Shown in pieces: positions 54,628-63,947 of a stretch of DNA of 64,000 bases; the stretch's first letter is position 1, and each line of letters starts with the position of its first letter. The stretch spans positions 1,144 through 65,143 of the forward strand of contig CAZGHN010000013.1 in assembly GCA_964525555.1 (NCBI GenBank), read 5' to 3'. A model generated the notes under the pieces. The model did not search any database, was not told the origin of the DNA, and saw only the letters and a program-made list of their open reading frames with translations. The position numbers and the translations under genes are program-made. This stretch comes from an uncultured bacterium (GTDB taxonomy: Bacteria > Hydrothermota > UBA3072).

Positions 54628-55503
54628 ATGTTTCAGGGTGTTTTTACTGCAATAGTTACACCATTTAATGACGATAAAAATGTAAATGAAGAAGACCTAA
54701 AAAAATTAGTCGATTTTAATATTGAAAATGGGGTTTCCGGTATAGTTCCAATGGGAACGACCGGCGAATCTCCTACGCTTAACCATGATGAACATGTTCA
54801 TGTAATAGAATTAGTCTGCAAACATGTCGATAAAAGAGTCCCGGTCATAGCCGGTACTGGTTCGAATTCTACAAGAGAAGCTCTTTTTATGACCTCCAGA
54901 GCTAAAGACCTGGGAGCAGATGCAAGCCTCCAGGTAGCACCCTATTACAACAAACCGACACAAGAAGGATTTTATCGCCATTTCACAACAATTGCCGATG
55001 AAGTCGACCTTCCTATGATTGTGTATAACATCCCGGGGAGAACCGGCAAAAACATAGAAACCGATACAATAGTGAGATTAGCAGAACATCCCAACATTGT
55101 CGGAGTAAAAGAAGCGTCGGGAAGTCTTCCTCAGATGATGGAAGTAATAGATAGAACTCCCGATGATTTTATTGTTCTTTCCGGGGACGACAACCTAACT
55201 CTTCCTTTAATGGCAGCAGGAGGGAAAGGCGTTATAAGTGTTGCGAGCAATATCGTTCCAGATAGAATGCGCGCAATGGTAAGAGCAGGTCTGGACGGCG
55301 ACTTCGGAAAAATGAGAAATTTACATTATGCGCTTTTACCTTTATTCAAAGTCGAGTTTATCGAGACTAACCCGATACCTATAAAAACAGCGCTCGCTAT
55401 GAAAGGAATGATTAGAGAAGTTTTCCGCCTTCCTATGTGTGAAATGGGCGCAGAAAACAAGAAAAAACTGAAAGCCATTCTTAAAGAGCTTAGAATTTTG
55501 TAG
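54628..55503 (+). CDS. dapA: 4-hydroxy-tetrahydrodipicolinate synthase
   Basis: …GIVPMGTTGESPTL…, Schiff-base Lys region …GVKEASG…. Confidence 0.9.
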   Translation: MFQGVFTAIVTPFNDDKNVNEEDLKKLVDFNIENGVSGIVPMGTTGESPTLNHDEHVHVIELVCKHVDKRVPVIAGTGSNSTREALFMTSRAKDLGADASLQVAPYYNKPTQEGFYRHFTTIADEVDLPMIVYNIPGRTGKNIETDTIVRLAEHPNIVGVKEASGSLPQMMEVIDRTPDDFIVLSGDDNLTLPLMAAGGKGVISVASNIVPDRMRAMVRAGLDGDFGKMRNLHYALLPLFKVEFIETNPIPIKTALAMKGMIREVFRLPMCEMGAENKKKLKAILKELRIL

Positions 55504-55590
55504 TTTGCCACAAAGTCACTAAGATACAAAGAATCAAAGGAGTCCTGAGCTAGAAAAATGACAGCCAACCACGGATGGTAACTTGAAAAG

Positions 55591-56724
55591 GTGAATAACG
55601 TAACGATTAAATTAAACCCATTACATATTGCCTGTATCTTTGCGATTTTTCAAGCTCTATTAATGGCGATTTTCCTTTTTACCAGCAAAAAGGGTAATAA
55701 ACATAGCAACATAATCCTGGGTTTCTGGTTTCTAAGTTTTGCAGTGATGATGTCCTGTTATTTCACTTTAAGCATTGGGGTTTGGCAATACTTCCTAAAT
55801 TATCATAAATCTATTTTCATTGTAAGTCAATTGTCTCTTCTTATTGGGCCTTTATTGTATTTTTATACAAAATCATTATTGGATCAAAATTTTCGTTTTA
55901 GAAGAATTGATTTAAGTCATTTATTGCCATTCATAACAGTTGTTTGTTATATAATCGTAAGACTGATTTTTATAGAACATTTTGCTATTTGGAGGCATCC
56001 CCTAGATGTCTTTAGCAACGGGGCTTTCTTAACTCAAATCTCCGTCTATTACATTTTAATCCTGAATTTATTAAAGTCACATGGAACTTCCATTAAAACA
56101 TTCTTTTACAATAAAAGAGACTTAAAGTATAACTGGATTCGGCTTTTACTTATCGGTTCATTGGTTATATGTATTGCAAAGTTACAATCTCTTTTGATCT
56201 TATTCTTACCGGAAATTCCTAATTGGTGTTCTTATACAGCTACCGTTTACTTTTTATCCTTATTTCTATTCCTTACTTTAGTAGTCTATGTATCTCTAAA
56301 AATACCTGATCTTCATTCATTTAGAAAAAAATATCTAAATTCAGTCTTATCGGGAACAGATAAGCTAAAACTTAAAAATAAATTGTTAGAATATATGGGT
56401 AAAGAAAAACCTTATCTGAATCCAGATTTAAAACTGGATATTCTTGCCCAGAACTTATTAATTCCAGCAAAGTATCTTTCTCAGATCATCAATGAAATGT
56501 TTCATCAAAATTTTTACGATTTTATTAATCAATATCGGGTTAAAGAGTGCATCAACTCCCTGAAGGACGAAAAGAACTCCAGAAAGACTCTCTTAAGCAT
56601 TGCTTTCGAGTGTGGTTTTAATACAAAAGCTACGTTTAATTCCGCATTTAAAAAATTTACAGGAGAAACTCCCACGGAATTCAGAAAAAACAATAATTTA
56701 AATAACAATTTTAATATCAAGTAA
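55591..56724 (+). CDS. membrane-anchored (7-TM) AraC-family transcriptional regulator, copy 1
   Basis: Seven hydrophobic helices in the first ~230 aa; C-terminal AraC HTH (…ECGFNTKATFNSAFKKFTGETPTEFRK); GTG start. Confidence 0.7.
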   Translation: MNNVTIKLNPLHIACIFAIFQALLMAIFLFTSKKGNKHSNIILGFWFLSFAVMMSCYFTLSIGVWQYFLNYHKSIFIVSQLSLLIGPLLYFYTKSLLDQNFRFRRIDLSHLLPFITVVCYIIVRLIFIEHFAIWRHPLDVFSNGAFLTQISVYYILILNLLKSHGTSIKTFFYNKRDLKYNWIRLLLIGSLVICIAKLQSLLILFLPEIPNWCSYTATVYFLSLFLFLTLVVYVSLKIPDLHSFRKKYLNSVLSGTDKLKLKNKLLEYMGKEKPYLNPDLKLDILAQNLLIPAKYLSQIINEMFHQNFYDFINQYRVKECINSLKDEKNSRKTLLSIAFECGFNTKATFNSAFKKFTGETPTEFRKNNNLNNNFNIK

Positions 56725-56904
56725 GAATCGATAAAAAAGTAAAAATTCATCCAGTTTGTCGACATTTTTTCTCCTTTGAATACAATTAACATAATAAGGG
56801 AAAACCCGGGTTAAATTACAAAAAAGCTAATAAATAAGTTGAATGAGGAAATGGAGTTTGCCCTGTGTATCTAATCAGTTTTAGAATTTAAAAGGAGGTT
56901 TAAA

Positions 56905-58110
56905 ATGGTCAGAAAAGAATTGTTGGTTTTTATGTTATTAGGTATTTCATCTTTATGTCATGCTCAGAATCCATCCGGTCCGTACTTCGGACAGACCCCT
57001 CCGGGTTCGACACCGGAAATTTTCGCTCCCGATTTTATCTCGGTTGACGGAAGATTCGAGCAGAATGCCGCTTTTACACCCGACGGCAAAGAATTTTATT
57101 TCAGCACTACAACCAGCAACTGGGACGGGTTTAGCATTTATTATACAAAGGAAATTGATAGTATATGGTCAGATCCTAAACTTGCCGATACGATATTTGG
57201 CTTCTATGGTAATACCGAACCGTTTATAACCAGTGATGGGCAAAGATTGTTTTTCGTTTCACCGCGTCCTTCGGCACCACCATGGAATACAGATATATGG
57301 GTGTGTGAACGTGACGACACGACCTGGTCTTCCCCTGTAAAAGTTGATTCTCCTCTGGTCAGCTCGACCAATAGGGAATGGCATCCCACAGTAAGTCTTG
57401 ATAGTACTTTATATTTTCAATCTTTAAATCGACCCGGTGGCTACGGTGCTGCAGATATATATAAAGCCGAATTGGATAGCGCAGGACAGTATTCGATTGT
57501 TGAGAATCTTGGGGACATTATTAATTCGAGCTACGGAGATGGTGAAGCTACAATCGCTCCCGATGAAAGTTTTCTTATCTTCTCTTCATATAGACCGGGT
57601 TACGGAGAATCTGATATATATATTTCGTTTAACGATAATGACTCTTGGACAACACCAATAAACTTAGGCCCTACAATAAATACAAGCCAGGCGGAATATG
57701 GTATGGCCCTTTCTCCCGATGGCTTATATATGTTTTTTACAAGAAGAGAAGCATGGCAAACTACTGAAGATTCCGATCTCTGGTGGGTCAGTACAAGTTT
57801 TATAGATTCTATAAAAAGCGGAATTGCAATTGAAAATCCAGAATATTTTGAATTAAATCAAAATTATCCCAATCCTTTTTATTCCTCGACTGTGATTTCG
57901 TATTCCTTGTCCAAACCCGCATCGGTGGTAGAACTAAGCGTATATGATGTACTGGGAAGTAAGGTTCGGACTTTTGTTGAGGTAACTCAGGTTGCAGGAA
58001 ACTACAATGTTCTTTTTGATGCAAAAAATCTTTCGGCAGGGGTATATTTCTACAATCTGAGTGTCGATGAGGTCCTTTCCGAAAAGAAGAAAATGCTGTT
58101 TTTACGATAG
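56905..58110 (+). CDS. secreted PD40/TolB-like beta-propeller protein with T9SS C-terminal domain, copy 1
   Basis: Signal peptide; repeated …PDG.…FF.S.R… PD40-like blades; C-terminal NYPNPFYSSTVISYSLSKPASVVELSVYDVLGSKV…AGVYFYNLSV…KKKMLFLR; strong RBS AAAGGAGG. Confidence 0.65.
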   Translation: MVRKELLVFMLLGISSLCHAQNPSGPYFGQTPPGSTPEIFAPDFISVDGRFEQNAAFTPDGKEFYFSTTTSNWDGFSIYYTKEIDSIWSDPKLADTIFGFYGNTEPFITSDGQRLFFVSPRPSAPPWNTDIWVCERDDTTWSSPVKVDSPLVSSTNREWHPTVSLDSTLYFQSLNRPGGYGAADIYKAELDSAGQYSIVENLGDIINSSYGDGEATIAPDESFLIFSSYRPGYGESDIYISFNDNDSWTTPINLGPTINTSQAEYGMALSPDGLYMFFTRREAWQTTEDSDLWWVSTSFIDSIKSGIAIENPEYFELNQNYPNPFYSSTVISYSLSKPASVVELSVYDVLGSKVRTFVEVTQVAGNYNVLFDAKNLSAGVYFYNLSVDEVLSEKKKMLFLR

Positions 58111-58361
58111 AAAGTGATTGTTGTCGATCAGGCCGCATATTTGAGATGACAGAAAAACCGTAAGCGAGCCTTCTCAGATATACGGCCTGATATATATTGT
58201 CACAGAAACCCGTAGTTTTCTTTACTGCCAGTTGTTTTTTAATTCATAACTCTTATCCCTTTCCAATTCAAAATTCAACACTCAAAATTAAAAATTATCA
58301 ATCGGTGCGAAGCATCCCCACCCCCTTGACATATTACCCTATTTTCGGGTATAATATAAAT
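58111..58361 (+). repeat. conserved intergenic module (stem-loop + AT-rich TTCAAAATT repeats + TCGGTGCGAAGC + TTGACA-18-TATAAT), copy 1
   Basis: Near-identical sequence recurs at 60914-61162 and 63610-63947. Confidence 0.8.
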
Positions 58362-59498
58362 ATGAATGTGGTAATGATTAATTTAAATCTAATAGACATT
58401 GCCTGTGTTATTGCGATCTTTCAGGCTTTGTTAATGGCTGTTTTCTTTTTTACCAGCAAAAAGGGTAGGAAACAGAGCAACATAATTTTAGGATTCTGGC
58501 TTTTAAGTTTTGCAATTATTCTAACCAGTTACTTTCTTGTAAGTTATTGGGTTTGGCAATACTTCCTAAATTATCATAAATCTATTTTCGTTTTAAGTCA
58601 ATTTTCCCTTCTGATTGGACCTCTATTATACTTTTATACACTGTCGTTATTAGACGAAAAATTTCGTTTCCGAAAGAGAGATTTAATTCACTTATTACCA
58701 TTTGTAATTCTTACTTTTTATTTAATGGTCAGATTTATTTTTATCAGTGATTTTACAATTATTGAGAGTTTTTCGGATTTCCTTTGTAATGGCCTCTTTT
58801 TAGTACAGAACCTATTCTATTACATTCTAATTTTGAAGTTATTAAAGTTACATGAACTTTCTATAAAAACATTCTTCGCCAATAAAAGAGATTTAAAGTA
58901 TAATTGGATCCGGTTTTTAATGATCGGCTCATTTGTTATATGGATCGCAAAGTTGCAATCTTTTTTATTCTGGTTAAAACCAGTAAATCCTAGTTGGTGT
59001 TGTTACACGTCTACAGCTTGTTTTTTGGCCGCATTTTTATTTGTTAATTCGATAGTTTATATATCTTTAAAAATACCTAATCTTTTTTTGTTTAACAAAA
59101 AATATGTGTATTCAAGTTTATCGGAAACAGATAAACTGAATTTGAAAACTCAATTGTTAAAATATATGAACGAAGAAAAGCTTTATCTGGATCCAAATTT
59201 AAATTTAGAAACGCTTGCAAAAAAAATATCGGTTACCAGAGAACATCTTTCGCAAATCATAAATGAAATGTGTAATCAAAATTTTTACGATTTTGTTAAT
59301 CAATATCGTGTCAAGGAATGCATCGGCTGCTTAAAAGATGGAAATAATGGCAAGAAAACTCTTCTGCGAATCGCCCTCGAATGCGGTTTTAGCTCAAAGG
59401 CTACCTTCAATTCCGCCTTCAAAAAATTCACAGGAGTGACTCCAAAAGAATTCAGAAACGGAAACTTTAGTTTCAAGGAAGAATTAATAAAAAGATAA
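58362..59498 (+). CDS. 7-TM AraC-family transcriptional regulator, copy 2
   Basis: Aligns with copies 1 and 3 from MNVVMINLNLIDIACVIAIFQALLMA…; ATG lies 6 nt after the -10 hexamer (leaderless); the ORF-track start at 58197 is rejected. Confidence 0.7.
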   Translation: MNVVMINLNLIDIACVIAIFQALLMAVFFFTSKKGRKQSNIILGFWLLSFAIILTSYFLVSYWVWQYFLNYHKSIFVLSQFSLLIGPLLYFYTLSLLDEKFRFRKRDLIHLLPFVILTFYLMVRFIFISDFTIIESFSDFLCNGLFLVQNLFYYILILKLLKLHELSIKTFFANKRDLKYNWIRFLMIGSFVIWIAKLQSFLFWLKPVNPSWCCYTSTACFLAAFLFVNSIVYISLKIPNLFLFNKKYVYSSLSETDKLNLKTQLLKYMNEEKLYLDPNLNLETLAKKISVTREHLSQIINEMCNQNFYDFVNQYRVKECIGCLKDGNNGKKTLLRIALECGFSSKATFNSAFKKFTGVTPKEFRNGNFSFKEELIKR

Positions 59499-59735
59499 TA
59501 ATCCATTTGTCTTGGTCCTCTAAAAAGTAGAAATACTACTCAATAACTTTTTTAATATCATATAAAAAATCTATAAAAAGGTGTGCCTACATGTAGTTTG
59601 TCGACAACGTTTTGTCTTTTTATTATAATTGTAAAAAAAGGAGAAAACCGTCTTAAATGGCTATCTTAATAAAGTACTGTGATATAAAGAAAAAGTTTTG
59701 GCCGAATTTAAAAACCAATAAAAGGAGGTTTAAAA

Positions 59736-60913
59736 TGGTTAGAAAAAGATTGTTTATGGTTTTATTTTTAGTTTTTTCGTGGGTTTGTTTCGCTCAGGAC
59801 TATTTTGGGCAAACTCCACCCGGTGACTCAGCCATAGTTTTTGCTCCCGGCATAGTTTCGTTAGAAGGCAGGTATGAGTATTGTCCTGCGTTCTCTCCCG
59901 ACGGCAATCAATTTTACTTCGGAGTAACAAACTCGAATTGGAGCCATTGTGATATATGGGTTACAGAATATAGAGATAGCCAATGGACAACCCAGGAAAA
60001 GGTTTCTATACTGGACAGTCTTGATGGCTGGATCCCCTACATCAGTCCTGATGGAGCAACGTTTTATCTTAGTTCAGCTTATCCATCATGGCCACCCGCT
60101 AACATATGGAAATGTGACATAATAAATGACACCCTGAAAAACTTAACAAAACTTGATGCTCCCATAAACTCTAATTCTAATGAATGGAGGGTGGGCGTTA
60201 GTAATGATAGTATGATGGTTTTTTGTTCAAACAGAAGTGGTACCTTGGGCGAGCAGGATTTGTATTATGCGATTCCGGATGGAGGGACCTATACAACTGC
60301 AATAAACTTTGGCGACCCTGTAAATAGCAGCTATAACGATGCTTCGGTTTATATAGCTCCGAACGGAAGTTACATCATGTTTGAATCGGAAAGACCGGGT
60401 GGTTATGGTCAGTCAGATATCTATATTTCCTTTAAAGTAGATGATAGTACATGGTCAAACCCACAAAACATGGGCCCAACTATTAACACTTCATATATCG
60501 AAGATCTACCTTCTATAACACCCGATGGTCAATATCTAATGTTTTGCAGGAGAGAAGCATGGGTAACGTCGGAAGATACCGATATTTGGTGGATTAGCGC
60601 AAGCATTATTGATTCTTTACAAAGCGGCATTGATCTTCCGGAATCCCGAAATTTCAAATTGAGTCAAAACTATCCTAACCCTTTTAACTCCAGAACTGTG
60701 ATTTCGTACTCTATATCCAAACCCGCATCGGTAGAATTAAATGTATACGATGTTCTGGGGAATAAGGTCCGGACTTTGGTTAATGAAACCCAGTCAGCAG
60801 GGGACTATGATGTCCCCTTTGATGCAAATAATCTTTCAGCAGGTGTTTATTTCTGTAAGCTGAGTGTCGATGGGGTCTTTTCAGAAAAGAAGAAAATGTT
60901 GTTTTTGCGTTAG
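59736..60913 (+). CDS. secreted PD40-like beta-propeller protein with T9SS CTD, copy 2
   Basis: Start chosen at MVRKRLFMVLFLVFS… after RBS AAAGGAGG, same as copy 1; CTD …NYPNPFNSRTVISYSISKPASVELNVYDVLGNKV…KKKMLFLR. Confidence 0.65.
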
Positions 60914-61162
60914 GTGACGATTGTTGATCAGGTCGTATATTTGAGATGACAGAAAAACCGTAAGCGAGCCTTCTCAGATATGCGGCCTGATATATATTGT
61001 CACAGAAACCCGGAGTTTTCTTTACTGCCAGCTGTTTTTTAATTCATAACTCTTATCCCTTTCCAATTCAAAATTCAACACTCAAAATTAAAAATTATCA
61101 ATCGGTGCGAAGCATCCCCTCCCCCTTGACATCCCACCCTGTTTCCGAGTATAATATAAAAA
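60914..61162 (+). repeat. conserved intergenic module, copy 2
   Basis: Over 85% identical to 58111-58361 by eye, including the promoter TTGACA(61126)-18-TATAAT(61150). Confidence 0.8.
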
Positions 61163-62296
61163 ATGAATAATATAGTAATTAAATTAAGTCTAATAGATAT
61201 TGCCTGTATTGTTGCCCTTTTTCAAGCTCTATTAATGGCTATTTTCCTTTTTACCAGCAAAAAGGGTAATAGGCAGAGTAATAGAATTTTAGGTTTCTGG
61301 CTTTTAAGTTTTACAATTCTAATGGGTTCTTCTTTCCTTTTGAGTTATGGGGTTTCGGATTACTTCATGAATTATCATAAATTAATTTTCGTTATGAGTA
61401 AATTTTCTCTGTTAATTGCCCCGCTATTTTACTTCTATATACTATCCTTATTGAACGAAAATTTTCGTTTTAGAAAAATAGATTTAGTTCACTTATTACC
61501 GATGATAATTATTATCTGTTACAGCAGTATCAAATTTATTTTTATAACAGATTTTATCATCTGGAAGAGTTTTCTTGATTTCTTTTGTGATGGGCTTTTC
61601 TTACTTCAAAATTTATTCTATTACTTTCTGGTCTTGAAAATATTAAAGTCACATGGGATTTCAATCAAGACATTCTTCTCCGGTAGAATGGGTCTAAAGT
61701 ATAATTGGATTCGTTTTCTAATCATTGGCTCATTTGTTGTATGGATTGCAAAGTTACAATCTTTTACATTAAAGATCATAGCAAGAGGCGTAAAGTGGTG
61801 TGTTTATTCGGCAACCTCCTATTTTATGGCGTTGTTTTTATTTGTTACTTTGATAATCTATGTCTCTCTCAAAACACCCGTTTTCCTTTTGTTCAAGAAA
61901 AAATACGTAAATTCAAATTTGTCGAAAAAGGATAAATTAAAACTTAAAAACCAATTGTTAAAATATATGAACGAGGAAAAACTTTATCTGGATCCAACCT
62001 TAAGTTTAGACATACTTGCAAAGAAATTATCAGTTTTACCAAAACATCTTTCTCAGATTGTAAATGAAATGTTTCTTCAAAATTTCAATGATTTCGTTAA
62101 TCAATATCGTGTTAAGGAGTGTATTAACTGCCTAAAGGATGAAAACAACGGCGAAAAGACTCTGCTCCGAATTGCTTTTGAGTGTGGTTTCAATACAAAG
62201 GCTACGTTTAATGCTGCGTTTAAAAAATTTGCCGGAGTAACTCCTAAAGAGTTCAGAAAAAATAATCACTTAAATAATGATTTCAATGTCAAGTAA
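61163..62296 (+). CDS. 7-TM AraC-family transcriptional regulator, copy 3
   Basis: MNNIVIKLSLIDIACIVALFQALLMAIFLFTSKKGN…; AraC HTH at the C-terminus; ATG 7 nt after the -10 (leaderless). Confidence 0.7.
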   Translation: MNNIVIKLSLIDIACIVALFQALLMAIFLFTSKKGNRQSNRILGFWLLSFTILMGSSFLLSYGVSDYFMNYHKLIFVMSKFSLLIAPLFYFYILSLLNENFRFRKIDLVHLLPMIIIICYSSIKFIFITDFIIWKSFLDFFCDGLFLLQNLFYYFLVLKILKSHGISIKTFFSGRMGLKYNWIRFLIIGSFVVWIAKLQSFTLKIIARGVKWCVYSATSYFMALFLFVTLIIYVSLKTPVFLLFKKKYVNSNLSKKDKLKLKNQLLKYMNEEKLYLDPTLSLDILAKKLSVLPKHLSQIVNEMFLQNFNDFVNQYRVKECINCLKDENNGEKTLLRIAFECGFNTKATFNAAFKKFAGVTPKEFRKNNHLNNDFNVK

Positions 62297-62448
62297 GAGC
62301 TGATAAGAAAGTAAAATTTCATAACTTTTGTCGACTTTTCTCCCCCTTTTTGATATCATGACTAAAAGGGGAAAAATCCCGACTTAATAAAACATAAGTA
62401 TTTTCCCCCGCATACTTGGCGAAAAATAAAACCTAAAAGGAGGGTTAT

Positions 62449-63609
62449 ATGTTTAACAAGAAGTTGTATGTTGCTTTATTGCTGGGGGTCTCAATAGTAA
62501 GTTTTGCTCAGATTCCCGATGGCCCTTATCTTGGGCAGACCCCGCCAGGTTCGACACCGGAGGTTTTCGCTCCCGCTCTTGTTTCTATAATCGGCAGAAG
62601 AGACACAAAAGCAGTATTTTCACCAGATGGACAGGAATGTTTCATCGGAACAGTCATAAGTCACACATTTACACTTTTATATACAAAAATAGACTCCGGA
62701 CATTGGTTAGACTTTGCAGATGCAAACTTTTTGAGTGTAACTGGAAAACGAGAACCTTTTATTACGCCAGACGGGGAGAAACTCTTTTTTATAGGAGATT
62801 GGGCGGATGTCTACGTTTCGACAAAATCAGGAAACCAATGGTCGGCAGCTTCTAAAGTGGGCAATCCCATCAGCACAGGTGCAGAAGAATGGCATCCAAC
62901 AGTGACTTTGGATGGTACATTATATTTCTGTTCAACCAGAGACGGAGACTATTTTATTTATCGCTCCAGATTAAATGAGGGGGAATACACCGAGGTAGAA
63001 AAACTGGACAGCACAATAAATTCTCCTTCATACGGTGCCTGGGATCCTTATATTTCTCCCGACGAAAGTTATATGATATTCAGCTCCGAGCGTCCGGGTG
63101 GCTATGGTAATGTCGATCAATATATCAGTTACTTAAGCGAAGATAGCATATGGAGTGAACCGCAAAATCTTGGATCGGTAATCAATACAAGTGCTATAGA
63201 ATATGGCTCATATGTAAGCTATGACGGAAATTACTTCTTTTTTAGCAGGCCGGAAGGCTGGGGACCGGATATAGAGGCTGATATTTTTTGGGTAGATACT
63301 GCTGCCATACCAGCGGGAATAAATGACTTCAATGAACTCCCAAACAATTTTAAATTGAGACAAAATTACCCCAACCCTTTTAATTCCAGGACTGTGATTT
63401 CTTATTCTATATCCAAACCCGCATCTGTAGAACTAAACGTGTATGATGTACTTGGAACTAAAGTCCGGACTTTAGTTAATGAATGCCAGGATGCAGGGAA
63501 CCATGAGGTTCCTTTTGACCCGAAGAACCTTTCAGCAGGTGTTTATTTTTATAAGTTGAGTGTAGATGGAGGGTCTTCAGAAAAAAAGAAGATGCTGTTT
63601 TTACGATAG
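62449..63609 (+). CDS. secreted PD40-like beta-propeller protein with T9SS CTD, copy 3
   Basis: Shares the N-terminal …GPYLGQTPPGSTPEVFAP… and C-terminal CTD with copies 1 and 2. Confidence 0.65.
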   Translation: MFNKKLYVALLLGVSIVSFAQIPDGPYLGQTPPGSTPEVFAPALVSIIGRRDTKAVFSPDGQECFIGTVISHTFTLLYTKIDSGHWLDFADANFLSVTGKREPFITPDGEKLFFIGDWADVYVSTKSGNQWSAASKVGNPISTGAEEWHPTVTLDGTLYFCSTRDGDYFIYRSRLNEGEYTEVEKLDSTINSPSYGAWDPYISPDESYMIFSSERPGGYGNVDQYISYLSEDSIWSEPQNLGSVINTSAIEYGSYVSYDGNYFFFSRPEGWGPDIEADIFWVDTAAIPAGINDFNELPNNFKLRQNYPNPFNSRTVISYSISKPASVELNVYDVLGTKVRTLVNECQDAGNHEVPFDPKNLSAGVYFYKLSVDGGSSEKKKMLFLR

Positions 63610-63947
63610 AAAGTGATTGTTGTCGATCAGACCGCATATTTGAGATGACAGCAAAACCGTAAGCGAGCCTTCTCAGATATGCGGCCTGATTTTTTGCAAC
63701 AAAAACACGAAGATAAGCCGCTGTCGGCCAATCGACGAGCATCTAATTGTAAATTTAAAATTTAGAAAAGGAAATAGAATCTGTATTTATTTGCGTTCTA
63801 ATCGTGTTTTTAAATTCAAAATTCATAATTCAACATCCAAAATTAACATCGTTCAACATTCAAAATTATCAATCGGTGCGAAGCATTCCCTCCCCCTTGA
63901 CATCTTACCCTATTTTCAAGTATACTATTAACAAAACGGAGGGAATT
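63610..63947 (+). repeat. conserved intergenic module, copy 3 (followed by a different gene with a leader and RBS)
   Basis: Same stem-loop, TTCAAAATT repeats, TCGGTGCGAAGC and TTGACAT elements; then ACGGAGGG RBS and an ATG at 63948. Confidence 0.7.

Noticed and set aside
58197-59498. ORF-track start at 58197 for AraC copy 2, and 59657 for PD40 copy 2
   Set aside because: The N-terminal extensions run through the conserved intergenic repeat and promoter. Paralog alignment supports starts at 58362 and 59736, the latter behind a GGAGG ribosome-binding site.
58111-63947. Possible CRISPR array, because of repeated intergenic sequence at regular spacing
   Set aside because: The repeats are about 250 bp long and 2.5-2.8 kb apart, and the intervening units are paralogous protein-coding genes. 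This is not a short-repeat and spacer architecture.
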